From assembly GCA_965116655.1 (NCBI GenBank), contig OZ220720.1:892338-956337 (forward strand): a stretch of 64,000 bases of DNA, written 5' to 3'. Each line of letters starts with the position of its first letter. Position 1 is the first letter of the stretch. Below, one piece after another: positions 16,574 to 25,559 of this stretch. This stretch comes from Dehalococcoidia bacterium. GTDB lineage: Bacteria; Chloroflexota; Dehalococcoidia; Lucifugimonadales; VXLM01. Made by a program: the position numbers and the translations under genes. The notes beneath the pieces were generated by a model. The model was given only the letters and a program-made list of their open reading frames with translations, was not told where the DNA came from and made no database searches.

Positions 16574-18937
16574 ATGTCCCCTCATCTATCGCTGCCGCCC
16601 AACCCCAACCTCAGGCAGCTTCGGAATCAGGCGAAGGACCTGTGGAGGGCCTTCAAGTCGCGGGAACCCGATACGGCACTGCGATTTCGCCAGTCTCTGT
16701 CCCAACTCGCGGAGTTATCGGACGAAGACATCTTCGGGGCCAAGCTCGGCCTCAAGGACGCCCAACGTGCACTCGCTATTGAGTACGGCTTTCTCGACTG
16801 GGAGGCGCTCAAGCGCCACGTAGAAGCAGTTTCCTCCGGCAGGCAGGGACCGGTCTACCCGGAGGGCGATCTGCCGGATCAGGTCGCGGCCATCCTCAGG
16901 GCGGTCGAGGATGCGGACGTCGATCGGGTGCGGGCGCTGCTCGACACCGATCCCGCGCTCGTCCACGTTCGCGTCCGCAGCGACTTCGAGGAGGGGGATA
17001 CCCTGCTCCACCGTTCCTCTCCTCATCAAGTCGAAGACGGTGCGAATCCCCATGAACCCCACCTTCAGGTCGCCCAGCTGCTCATCGACCGTGGGGCTGA
17101 CATTGACGCGGTGGGCGGACACGAAAACACCGTAGGCTCAACACCGCTCGACGCGGCCGCGTGGGCGGGAAGAGTGGGCATGGTCAAGCTGCTCCTCACC
17201 AACGGCGCCAATCCCGAAAAGGGCGGCCACGAAGGGGTCGACTACAATCCGGTCAGCACGGCAGTGAGTCACGGGCGCAAGGAGATTTTCAAGCTGCTGA
17301 TCGAGGCGGGGGCTGCTTACGGCATCCAGCACACGATTCGAATGGGGATGTTGGAAGAGACGCGGGAGCTGCTGGACGCCGACCCGTCCCTCCTGAATCG
17401 CACAAAGAAGGCCGACCCGCGCTGGCCGGAGGGTGAGGTGCCCCTCGTTCTCGCGGCGGGCGATCGCGACATCTTCAACCTGCTGTTGGAGCGAGGGGCT
17501 GATGTCAACGCTCGTGACCCGCACGGCTACACGCCTCTTATGGCGGCGCGTTCCATGGGTAATAACGCGGGCGTCAAGGCTCTCCTGGAGCGCGGCGTTT
17601 CGCAGGACATCTTCGGAGCGATCATGGACAAGGACGCCGACAGGGTACGGGAGCTGCTGCGAGACGACCCAACGGCGGCTAATCCTATAGAAGACGGCCC
17701 GGTGCCGCTCATCTGGGCGGGACGGTACGGCGACCACGAGATCATCAGGATGTTGCTCGAAGCGGGTGCGGAGCCGAACGTCTGGCGCGATATCGACCAC
17801 TTCGGCAAGACTGCGCTGGACATGGTGATTTCGTACCAAGAGGACGCCGCAGTCCGGCTGATGCTGGACTACGGCGCCGACCCGGAGTTCAAGGGAGAAG
17901 GGAACCAAGCCTCGACCCTCCGCGCCGCTCTGCGGAACGGGACCGTTGGCGCATTGAAGATGCTGCTTGAGGCCGGGGCGGACGCGAACAGGGCAGACAA
18001 CTTCTTCGGCGCGTGGGGCGGAAATCTCCCAAAGATCAAGGTTCTGATCGATCACGGACGCTGCGCGGGCGAGGACAGCCCGCCGGACGGACTGGGAAGG
18101 GAAGACCTAAGCATTGCGGCAGGAAACGGGCAGAACCTGGCAGTTGAGTTGCTGATCTGTCACGGAGCCGACCCGGAATACGTGGACAAGGACGGCATGA
18201 CAGCGATCCAGCAGGCCCGGAAAGAGCGGCAAGTCTCGACAGTCGAATTGCTGAACGAACACGCCGAGATTCGCATGCTCCCTGACGGCCTAGCGAATGA
18301 AGTCCTGGCTCAACGGCGACTGCTGATGGAAGCCTACCTCGAGGGCGGAGTCGTTGGGGTGGCCGGCATATTGGATGCCGAACCGTCGCTGATGAATTTC
18401 AACGTCTTTCGTGTGTCGCTCCTTCATGACGCGGCATTCAAAGGGAAAGGCGACGTGGTGGACGTCCTGGTGGAGCGAGGCGCCGCACTCTCGATCCATG
18501 CAGCGTCTGCACTGGGGCGGGTGGAGACCGTTCGGGCGATGCTGGACGCCGACCCGTCGCTGCTGGAAGCGCTCTACATAGACCAGCCAATGGTCGAGCA
18601 GACTCCTCTCAAGATCGCTGCAAACATGGCCGAAACCGGCGTCTTCAATCTGCTGCTCGACCGGGGTGCGGACATCAATGGCCAGGTGACACTTCCGGGG
18701 GGCGGCAATGGGGCAAGCACCGTGCTGCATGGAGCCGTCTACAGCGATTCGGTTGAGATGGTCAGGCTGGCGCTGGCGAGAGGCGCGGACGTTAGTCTCA
18801 CAAATCCGTGGGGGGCGACGGCGCTGGGAACGAACTGGCAGAACCGCCAGCGTGTGAACGCCCACGAGATTAGCGAGCTTCTCATCGCGCATGGGGCGAA
18901 TCCGGAGGACCGGCCAAAGGCGCAGCTGATTCACTAG
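16574..18937 (+). CDS. large ankyrin-repeat protein (more than 15 ANK units) with a non-ANK N-terminal domain
   Basis: 787 aa with repeated G.T.L..A......G....V..LL..GADPN-type units throughout. The N-terminus is LRQLRNQAKDLWRAFKS....ALRFRQ......LKDAQRALAIEYGFLDWEALKRHVE. The RBS is GGAAGGAG. Confidence 0.85.
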   Translation: MSPHLSLPPNPNLRQLRNQAKDLWRAFKSREPDTALRFRQSLSQLAELSDEDIFGAKLGLKDAQRALAIEYGFLDWEALKRHVEAVSSGRQGPVYPEGDLPDQVAAILRAVEDADVDRVRALLDTDPALVHVRVRSDFEEGDTLLHRSSPHQVEDGANPHEPHLQVAQLLIDRGADIDAVGGHENTVGSTPLDAAAWAGRVGMVKLLLTNGANPEKGGHEGVDYNPVSTAVSHGRKEIFKLLIEAGAAYGIQHTIRMGMLEETRELLDADPSLLNRTKKADPRWPEGEVPLVLAAGDRDIFNLLLERGADVNARDPHGYTPLMAARSMGNNAGVKALLERGVSQDIFGAIMDKDADRVRELLRDDPTAANPIEDGPVPLIWAGRYGDHEIIRMLLEAGAEPNVWRDIDHFGKTALDMVISYQEDAAVRLMLDYGADPEFKGEGNQASTLRAALRNGTVGALKMLLEAGADANRADNFFGAWGGNLPKIKVLIDHGRCAGEDSPPDGLGREDLSIAAGNGQNLAVELLICHGADPEYVDKDGMTAIQQARKERQVSTVELLNEHAEIRMLPDGLANEVLAQRRLLMEAYLEGGVVGVAGILDAEPSLMNFNVFRVSLLHDAAFKGKGDVVDVLVERGAALSIHAASALGRVETVRAMLDADPSLLEALYIDQPMVEQTPLKIAANMAETGVFNLLLDRGADINGQVTLPGGGNGASTVLHGAVYSDSVEMVRLALARGADVSLTNPWGATALGTNWQNRQRVNAHEISELLIAHGANPEDRPKAQLIH

Positions 18938-18977
18938 GAGTGACTGCTCACCGTGATTCCTCCGAGAATAACCTCCC

Positions 18978-19005
18978 GTAGGGGCGATTCGCGTATCGCC
19001 CCTAC
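18978..19005. repeat. family-D palindrome (GGGGCGATTCGCGNATCGCCCC)
   Basis: GTAGGGGCGATTCGCGTATCGCCCCTAC lies 40 nt after the ankyrin gene stop and is terminator-like. Confidence 0.65.
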
Positions 19006-19082
19006 CAATCATGGCCTTCTAATCGTCTAGCGAACCTGACGCACGTTTGATAACATACGTGCTTGATCATTAGGAGGGCGGC

Positions 19083-20222
19083 ATGGGCACAAACGGCAAC
19101 GGCGGACAGCCAGTTCTAGTGGTTCTTCAACTCACGGGCGGGAACGACTATATGAATACGGTCGTCCCGTACGGTGATCCCCTGTACTACGACAATCGCA
19201 CGTCCTTGGCGATACCGGAAGACGAGGTTATGAAGCTTGACGAGAACGTCGGCTTCAACCCGGCGATGGGTACGCTGAAGGACATCTACGACCGGGGCGA
19301 GATGGCCGTTGTGCACGGAGTCGGGTTCCCGGAGTCGACGCGCTCGCACTTTCGGGCGATGGACATCTGGCACACCTCCGAGCCGCACAAGGTCGGCACC
19401 GAGGGCTGGCTGGGACGAGCCATCCGCGACCTCGACCCTGAGGGTGAGAACCCCGTGACGGCGGTGAACATCGGACAGGGACTTCCCAGGGCTTTGGTTG
19501 CGCCGGGCGCGTCGGTGGCGTCGGTGGCCGACCTCTCGACTTACGGCCTCCTGACTGGCATCGAGGAGCGGCAGGAACGGGCGAAGATGCTCGACCGCTT
19601 CGCCAACATCTACTCGCCCGCCATCGGTTCCGGCCCCGTCATGGACTACCTCGCGCAGACCGGTCTCGATGCGCTGAAGGGCGCAGACATGCTGAAGACG
19701 GCACCGGCGGGCTACAAGTCCAATGTCGAGTACGCCGACATTCCGCTCGCCAAGAAGCTGCGAGACGTGGCCACGATCCACACGGCGGATCTGGGGACGC
19801 GCATCTTCTACACTGAGCATGGCGGCTACGACACGCACGCGAGCCAGGCAAACAACCATCCGAAGCTGCTCAGCGACGTGGCCTCGGCGGTGACCGACTT
19901 CTGGGACGACCTCAAGGAGCAGGATGCGGCCGACAACGTCATCATGTTCGTCTTCACCGAGTTCGGCAGGCGCGTGAAGGAGAACGGCACCGGCACCGAC
20001 CACGGCGCGGGCGGAGTCTCGTTCATCATCGGGCCGAAGGCGGTGGGCGGACAGCACAACGAGTATCCCTCCATGAAGCCAGAAGATCTGCGAGAGGGCG
20101 ACCTCGCGCCCGACCAAGACTTCCGCGGCGTCTACACCACGATCCTGGAAGACTGGTTCAGCCTCGACGCCAAGCCCATCGTGAACGGCACGTTCGAGAA
20201 GCCGGCGCTCATTCAGAACTGA
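19083..20222 (+). CDS. DUF1501 domain protein (sulfatase-like fold), no Tat or Sec signal
   Basis: 379 aa: VLVVLQLTGGNDYMNTVVPYGD, SHFRAMDIWHT and DHGAGG. The RBS is AGGAGG. In-frame stops directly upstream exclude a longer N-terminus. Confidence 0.75.
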   Translation: MGTNGNGGQPVLVVLQLTGGNDYMNTVVPYGDPLYYDNRTSLAIPEDEVMKLDENVGFNPAMGTLKDIYDRGEMAVVHGVGFPESTRSHFRAMDIWHTSEPHKVGTEGWLGRAIRDLDPEGENPVTAVNIGQGLPRALVAPGASVASVADLSTYGLLTGIEERQERAKMLDRFANIYSPAIGSGPVMDYLAQTGLDALKGADMLKTAPAGYKSNVEYADIPLAKKLRDVATIHTADLGTRIFYTEHGGYDTHASQANNHPKLLSDVASAVTDFWDDLKEQDAADNVIMFVFTEFGRRVKENGTGTDHGAGGVSFIIGPKAVGGQHNEYPSMKPEDLREGDLAPDQDFRGVYTTILEDWFSLDAKPIVNGTFEKPALIQN

Positions 20223-20240
20223 CGCAATAGGAAGAGGCGT

Positions 20241-20432
20241 ATGACGACACTAAAGTACGTCTACTGGACGGAAGAAGATATGTGGCTTGGGTATCTTGAA
20301 GAGTACCCGGACTACTGGACGCAAGGCGAGTCGCAGGAAGAACTCCAAGAGAATTTGAAGGATATCTTCCAAGAGTTGACTAGCGGCAACATTCCTGGCG
20401 TTCGTCGCGTCGCTGAGTTGGAAGTTGCGTGA
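20241..20432 (+). CDS. hicB: HicB-like (UPF0150) antitoxin, short form
   Basis: 63 aa: YVYWTEEDMWLGYLEEYPDYWTQGESQEELQENLKD. A GTGA overlap with hicA. Confidence 0.65.
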   Translation: MTTLKYVYWTEEDMWLGYLEEYPDYWTQGESQEELQENLKDIFQELTSGNIPGVRRVAELEVA

Positions 20433-20605
20433 AGAGACGGGAGCTGATTCGGGAACTGGAGCGGATGGGTTGTGAGTTCATAAGGCACGGTTCCCGCCAC
20501 GATTGGTACCAAAACCCTCGTACTCGCGCTTCGCAGCCCATACCCCGTCACACAGAAATCAAAGAACCGCTGGCGAAACGAATCATCAAATTGCTGAGAG
20601 ATTGA
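20429..20605 (+). CDS. hicA: HicA-family mRNA interferase toxin
   Basis: My own translation is VKRRELIRELERMGCEFIRHGSRHDWYQNPRTRASQPIPRHTEIKEPLAKRIIKLLRD (58 aa), below the track's size cutoff. Confidence 0.75.
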   Translation: MKRRELIRELERMGCEFIRHGSRHDWYQNPRTRASQPIPRHTEIKEPLAKRIIKLLRD

Positions 20606-20615
20606 ACAGCCTTAA

Positions 20616-21671
20616 ATGATTACCACCACCGCCGCAGGTCGAACATGGCACTTCGACCGTTCGCTGGGGCGGCCCACGAACGAGCATAACGGGAAGGTCG
20701 GCGGGTACCGCTATCCAGTCGATCTCGCGATTGCGCCGGACGGCAACATCTTCGTGCTGAGTCGCGGCAACCAGCACGGCATGGGGCAGATCGGCTACCG
20801 GGACAACGGGCGCGTCGGCAAGACGACGTTCGACGAGCACCATCTGGGCGACTTCGCGCGGCGAGAGTTCACGTGGCCTGCGGGCATTGCGGTGGACTCA
20901 GAGGGTTGGGTCTACGTCTCGGACGAGCATGAGAACGTCATCAGGAGATTTGACCCGGAGGCGACTCACCCGTTTCCCACATACGACCCGGACGGCGAGG
21001 CGATTGCCACGTTCGGGGTATCAGGCTCGGAACCGGGTCAACTCTGCGGACCGACAGGGATGCAGTTCGATTCCGAAGATAATCTGTATGTCCTTGAGAC
21101 CGGGAACAACCGTGTGCAGAAGTTCACGAAGGACGGAACGTTCCTGCTGGCATTTGGAGGGCCAGGCTCGAAGGCCGGAGAGTTCAACCGGCCATGGGGA
21201 ATCACCATCGACCGGAGCGGGGACGTGTATGTCGCCGACTGGGGAAATAACCGTATACAGAAACTCACTCCCGAAGGTGAGCACCTCATGAGCTTCGGCG
21301 AGGAGTTCGGCGGGGAGCTCAAGCGACCGGCAAACGTGGCAGTGGACAGTGAAGGAGACGTCTACGTGACGGACTTCGGGAACCGGCGGGTGCAGGTGTA
21401 CGAGCCGAACGGCGATGTCCTGACCTCGTTCTACGGGGACGCGACGACGCTGTCGAAGGCGGGAGAGTACATCATTCGACGCGATCCGGGCACGATCAAG
21501 GCGTATCGCATGGTCAAGGACTACACGGAGATGGGTAGATTTCAGAGGCCGACAGGCATCGAGATCGACGATCAGGACCGTGTGCTCGTGGCCGACCTGT
21601 GCGGCAGGCTGCAGGTGTACGCCAAGGACCACGCATACGTCGCGCCGGAAGTAAAGCTGGAACTGGAGTAG
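20616..21671 (+). CDS. NHL-repeat six-bladed beta-propeller protein, no signal peptide
   Basis: 351 aa with repeated P.G...D..G..YV.D..N.R...F blades. It is a tandem paralog of the next gene. Confidence 0.8.
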   Translation: MITTTAAGRTWHFDRSLGRPTNEHNGKVGGYRYPVDLAIAPDGNIFVLSRGNQHGMGQIGYRDNGRVGKTTFDEHHLGDFARREFTWPAGIAVDSEGWVYVSDEHENVIRRFDPEATHPFPTYDPDGEAIATFGVSGSEPGQLCGPTGMQFDSEDNLYVLETGNNRVQKFTKDGTFLLAFGGPGSKAGEFNRPWGITIDRSGDVYVADWGNNRIQKLTPEGEHLMSFGEEFGGELKRPANVAVDSEGDVYVTDFGNRRVQVYEPNGDVLTSFYGDATTLSKAGEYIIRRDPGTIKAYRMVKDYTEMGRFQRPTGIEIDDQDRVLVADLCGRLQVYAKDHAYVAPEVKLELE

Positions 21672-21681
21672 GAATACACAC

Positions 21682-22734
21682 ATGATTACGACGACGGCCG
21701 CGGGCAGAACGTGGCACTTTGACAGGGCGCTGGGACGCCCAACCAACGAGCATAACGGGAAGACGGGGGGATTTCGCTACCCGACCGACCTCGCAGTCGC
21801 GCCAGGCGAGATCCTCTTCGTGCTGAACAAGGGCTTTCAGTACACGGAGGGCATGGAGCACCGTGACAACGGTCGGATCGGTAAGACCACCCTGGACGAG
21901 CACCACCTGGGAGACTTCGCGCGGCGGGACTTCACGTGGCCGGGCGGCATCGCTCTCGACAGCGAGGGCTGGGTGTATGTGACGGACGAGCACGAAAACG
22001 TGGTTCGAAGATATGACCCGGAGGGAGTTGTACCCTATCCCGGAAGCGATCCGACTGGGGAGTGGCTGGAAAGCTGGGGTGACGCGGGATGTGCCCCAGG
22101 TCAACTAAACGGGCCGACTTGCATCGCTTTTGATGCTGAAGACAGCTTGTACATCGTTGAGAGCAGCAACCATCGCGTGCAGAAGTTCACGAAAGATGGG
22201 CAGTACATCTCCGGCTTCGGGGGGAAGGGATCGGCTGAGGGCGAGTTCAAGCGCCCTTGGGGCATCACAATCGATCGTGACGGATACGTGTATGTAGCCG
22301 ATTGGGGCAACAACCGTATACAAAAATTCTCGTCCGAGGGTGAGTATGTCATGTCATTCGGCACGTCGTTCGGGGGGGAACTGAACAGTCCAGCGAACGT
22401 GGCGGTGGACAGCGAGGGGGACGTGTACGTGACGGACTTCGGCAACCGGCGGGTGCAGGTGTACGAGCCGACCGGGGACGTCTTGACGGCGTTCTACGGG
22501 GACGCTACGACGCTGTCGAAGGCGGGAGAGTACATCATCCGGCGCGACCCCGGCACGATCAAGGCCTATCGCATGGTCAAGGACTATACGCAGATGGGAC
22601 GGTTCCAGCGTCCGACGGGCATCGAGGTCGACGATCAGGACCGGATCATCGTGGCGGACGCCTGCGGGCGGCTTCAGGTCTACGCGAAGGACCACGCGTA
22701 CGTGGCGCCTGAGGTCAAGCTGGAGCTCGAGTAG
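21682..22734 (+). CDS. NHL-repeat six-bladed beta-propeller protein (tandem paralog)
   Basis: 350 aa and collinear with 20616..21671. The last 130 or so residues are nearly identical at the protein level, with many synonymous nucleotide differences. Confidence 0.8.
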   Translation: MITTTAAGRTWHFDRALGRPTNEHNGKTGGFRYPTDLAVAPGEILFVLNKGFQYTEGMEHRDNGRIGKTTLDEHHLGDFARRDFTWPGGIALDSEGWVYVTDEHENVVRRYDPEGVVPYPGSDPTGEWLESWGDAGCAPGQLNGPTCIAFDAEDSLYIVESSNHRVQKFTKDGQYISGFGGKGSAEGEFKRPWGITIDRDGYVYVADWGNNRIQKFSSEGEYVMSFGTSFGGELNSPANVAVDSEGDVYVTDFGNRRVQVYEPTGDVLTAFYGDATTLSKAGEYIIRRDPGTIKAYRMVKDYTQMGRFQRPTGIEVDDQDRIIVADACGRLQVYAKDHAYVAPEVKLELE

Positions 22735-22740
22735 CGGCTA

Positions 22741-23445
22741 CTACTGCCGAAAGAGGTTGAGGAACCTGTCCTGGTAGAACTCGAAGAGTCCCCATCGGTC
22801 GATTTCCTGCTTGAGCAGGTCGATTCCGCCCCGATTGCCTCGTTCCACCTCGCGGAATAGGCGGTCGATCTGCTGGATGGCAGCGGAAGGAGCGCCGCCG
22901 AAGTTTTCCTCGGGATTTAGCAGACCTCGCGCGTTCAGTTCCTGCACGTTGCCGGCGACGGACGACGCGGTGAACTCGTAGATGAACTTCAGGAGCGCGA
23001 CGTCCCATAGCTCATCGACTCCCACCATGACCACCGACAGTTCTTCCTTGCGGTCGTTCAGATCCCTGCTGATGCGGTGAGCAATGTCGGTCGGGACTCC
23101 GCCGACGACCTCGGAGTTCTCAGGTCTGTTGCTGTACCGGTACATGATGCCGGGACTGTTCGGGCCTTCGGTGCGCATGAGGTCGTGAAAGAACTCGTAG
23201 GCGTCCGAGCTAAAGCCCTCCAGGTTCGACATATAGGACGGCGTCACGATGGCGGGCCGCTCGGCCACTACCTTGCCCGTGCGCACGACACCCTCGTACG
23301 TCTCGGGCACTTCCTCCTGGAATGCGGGTTCGGTCACGACGTAGTACTTGATATTCGTCGCGCCGAAGGTAGCGAGATGCTGCTTCGGGAACCTGACCAC
23401 GAAGGTCTGCTCGATGGCCTTGAGCCACCTGCGATCATTCATCAT
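22741..23445 (-). CDS. hypothetical protein
   Basis: I prefer the start MMNDRRWLKAIEQ at 23445 (GAGGA upstream) over the track start at 23544. No motif recognised. Coding-like composition. Confidence 0.5.
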   Translation of the reverse strand: MMNDRRWLKAIEQTFVVRFPKQHLATFGATNIKYYVVTEPAFQEEVPETYEGVVRTGKVVAERPAIVTPSYMSNLEGFSSDAYEFFHDLMRTEGPNSPGIMYRYSNRPENSEVVGGVPTDIAHRISRDLNDRKEELSVVMVGVDELWDVALLKFIYEFTASSVAGNVQELNARGLLNPEENFGGAPSAAIQQIDRLFREVERGNRGGIDLLKQEIDRWGLFEFYQDRFLNLFRQ

Positions 23446-23618
23446 TCGATGCTTTTTTCCTCTATGCGTGCCTGGCTCACTGAAGGCAGTGGCCGACACA
23501 AGAATGCGTGTCGTTACGGCTGGTAATTGCCGGGGCTCGTACACTCTCGATGCTATTGTGTACGAGTGGCAGTGTCAAACCGGATTTGCAGAGCACGGGC
23601 CGTCGGACGGGTTGGCCT

Positions 23619-25496
23619 TTATGTTCCATGTCTGCTGCCGTTGGCATTCGAGAAGCCGTCGGCGACATGATCGTTTTCGTCCGGTTCCGGTTCGGGACTG
23701 CGGCGCATCCGCCGGACGCGAGTGGAGACGATCCCGCGAAGGGAATTCACCTCGCGGGTGATGGCGGTACCGAAGTGGGAACTATACTCGCCCATTTTAC
23801 GGAATTTCTTGTAACGCGACCGCAGGAGACGCTTTCGGGAACCGCTCTGCAGTGCCGACAGTTCTTGGAGCAAAACTCTTCGGAGATGTCGTATGGCCTC
23901 GGTCGGGTTGGTGTGAGCCCCTCCCGCCGGTTCCTGCACTATCAGGTCTACGATGCCCAGCTCAAAGCAGTCGTGTGCGGTGAGCTTCAGGGACTCCGCG
24001 GCCTCATCGGCGCGGGCGGCGTCCTGGTACATGAGGGCTGCGGCGTCCTCCGGCGAGATCACGGAGTATATGGCGTTCTCGAGCATGAGGACGCGGTCGA
24101 CGACAGCCAGCGGCAGGGCGCCCTCGCTGCCTCCCTCGCCGATGACGACGGCAATGGACGGCACCTCGACACGGGCGACCTCGGCCATGGCTACCGCGAT
24201 GGCGCTGCCGAGTCCGCGCACCTCCGCGTCCGTGCTGATGTGCGGTCCCGGCGTGTCTATCAGGGTGATTATCGGGAGATCGAACTTCGCGGCGAGACGC
24301 ACGGCCCTCTGAGTCTCGCGGAACCCTTCTGGAGATATGCGACCGCCCTGCTGCGCGTCATCAGGATCGCCGCGTTCCTGGCCGATGACGACAATCGTCT
24401 GGCCTCCGAGCTGTCCTACGCCCCAAACGAGGGCTTCGTCGTCACCAAAGACCCGGTCGCCGTGCAGCTCGACGAAGTTGGTCACCATCTGGCTCATATA
24501 GTCGAGGCCGGTGGGACGCTCGGGATGGCGGGCGAGATTCACGGCCTCCCACGCAGAGAGGGAAGCCGCTCTTGGAGGCTGAACGTATCCTTCCTGTTGG
24601 TCGCGACGTGTCAAGTGATACTTCGACATGAGCATGTCAAGAAGGGCCGCAATGGTGTCCTTCGACTGGGTGCGGTCGACGACGGCGTCGATCATGCCGT
24701 GCTGAAGCCGCGACTCGGCGGAGTGGGAATCGGCCGGGCTGGGTTCGTCGTCCGAGTTCTTGACGGCCCGCATGGATGAGAGGCCCACGATTGCGCCGGG
24801 CTCGGCTACGATGACGTCTGCAAGATTGGCGAAGCTGGCGTAGGCGTGACCCGTGGACGGATTCGCGAGGATGGAGATGAACGGCAGGCCTGCCTCGGCG
24901 AGGCGATTGGCCGCCATGGCGGTCTTCGCCATCTGCATGAGGGAGAGAACACCTTCCTGGATTCGGACGCCGCCGCTCGTCACGACGGCCACCACGGGCT
25001 GCTTGCGCCGCGCGGCGTATTCGAACGCAAGGGCCACCTTCTCGCCGACGACGCAACCCATCGTGCCGCCCATGAAACCGAAGTCGAGGACGATGAGGAC
25101 GGCCGTAGTACCACCGATCGAGCACGTGCCGGTGACGGCGGCCTCTGTCAGGCCTGTCCGGCGCTGATCGCGGAAGACGCTCTGCCTGTAGGAGGTGCGT
25201 GACGAGAACGAGAGCGGGTCGAGCGAGGTGACCGTGCGGTTGATCTCCTTGAACGAGCCGGGATCGGCCAGCGTGTCGATTCGCTCCCTGGCGGTAAAGC
25301 TGTAGTGGAACCGGCACCGCGGACAGACGTTGTGTCGTTCGTACAGTTCCGAATCTACGAGCGACTCATCGCAGACGAGACAGAACTCCCGCGCGGCGGT
25401 CTCCTCGTCGGGATCTGTCCGGCTCATAACGGAACTGAGCATGTCGGCGATGTTTCGTACCATGTGTCGCCTTTCGGTCCGAAGCGTCGGGTCCAC
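23619..25496 (-). CDS. accDA: fused acetyl-CoA carboxylase carboxyltransferase, beta (AccD) plus alpha (AccA)
   Basis: 625 aa. The N-terminal zinc ribbon CLVCDE...VCPRCRFHY and GGTMG match AccD. The C-terminal ARHPERPTGLDY...VELHGDR...ITLIDTPGP...VIGEGGSEGAL matches AccA. The exact start is uncertain. Confidence 0.85.
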   Translation of the reverse strand: MDPTLRTERRHMVRNIADMLSSVMSRTDPDEETAAREFCLVCDESLVDSELYERHNVCPRCRFHYSFTARERIDTLADPGSFKEINRTVTSLDPLSFSSRTSYRQSVFRDQRRTGLTEAAVTGTCSIGGTTAVLIVLDFGFMGGTMGCVVGEKVALAFEYAARRKQPVVAVVTSGGVRIQEGVLSLMQMAKTAMAANRLAEAGLPFISILANPSTGHAYASFANLADVIVAEPGAIVGLSSMRAVKNSDDEPSPADSHSAESRLQHGMIDAVVDRTQSKDTIAALLDMLMSKYHLTRRDQQEGYVQPPRAASLSAWEAVNLARHPERPTGLDYMSQMVTNFVELHGDRVFGDDEALVWGVGQLGGQTIVVIGQERGDPDDAQQGGRISPEGFRETQRAVRLAAKFDLPIITLIDTPGPHISTDAEVRGLGSAIAVAMAEVARVEVPSIAVVIGEGGSEGALPLAVVDRVLMLENAIYSVISPEDAAALMYQDAARADEAAESLKLTAHDCFELGIVDLIVQEPAGGAHTNPTEAIRHLRRVLLQELSALQSGSRKRLLRSRYKKFRKMGEYSSHFGTAITREVNSLRGIVSTRVRRMRRSPEPEPDENDHVADGFSNANGSRHGT

Positions 25497-25559
25497 AATG
25501 TTCCCGGACTCGGTACCGATGTTGTGCGCCGACTGGCCGCCGGTACGTCGAGGTTCCGG

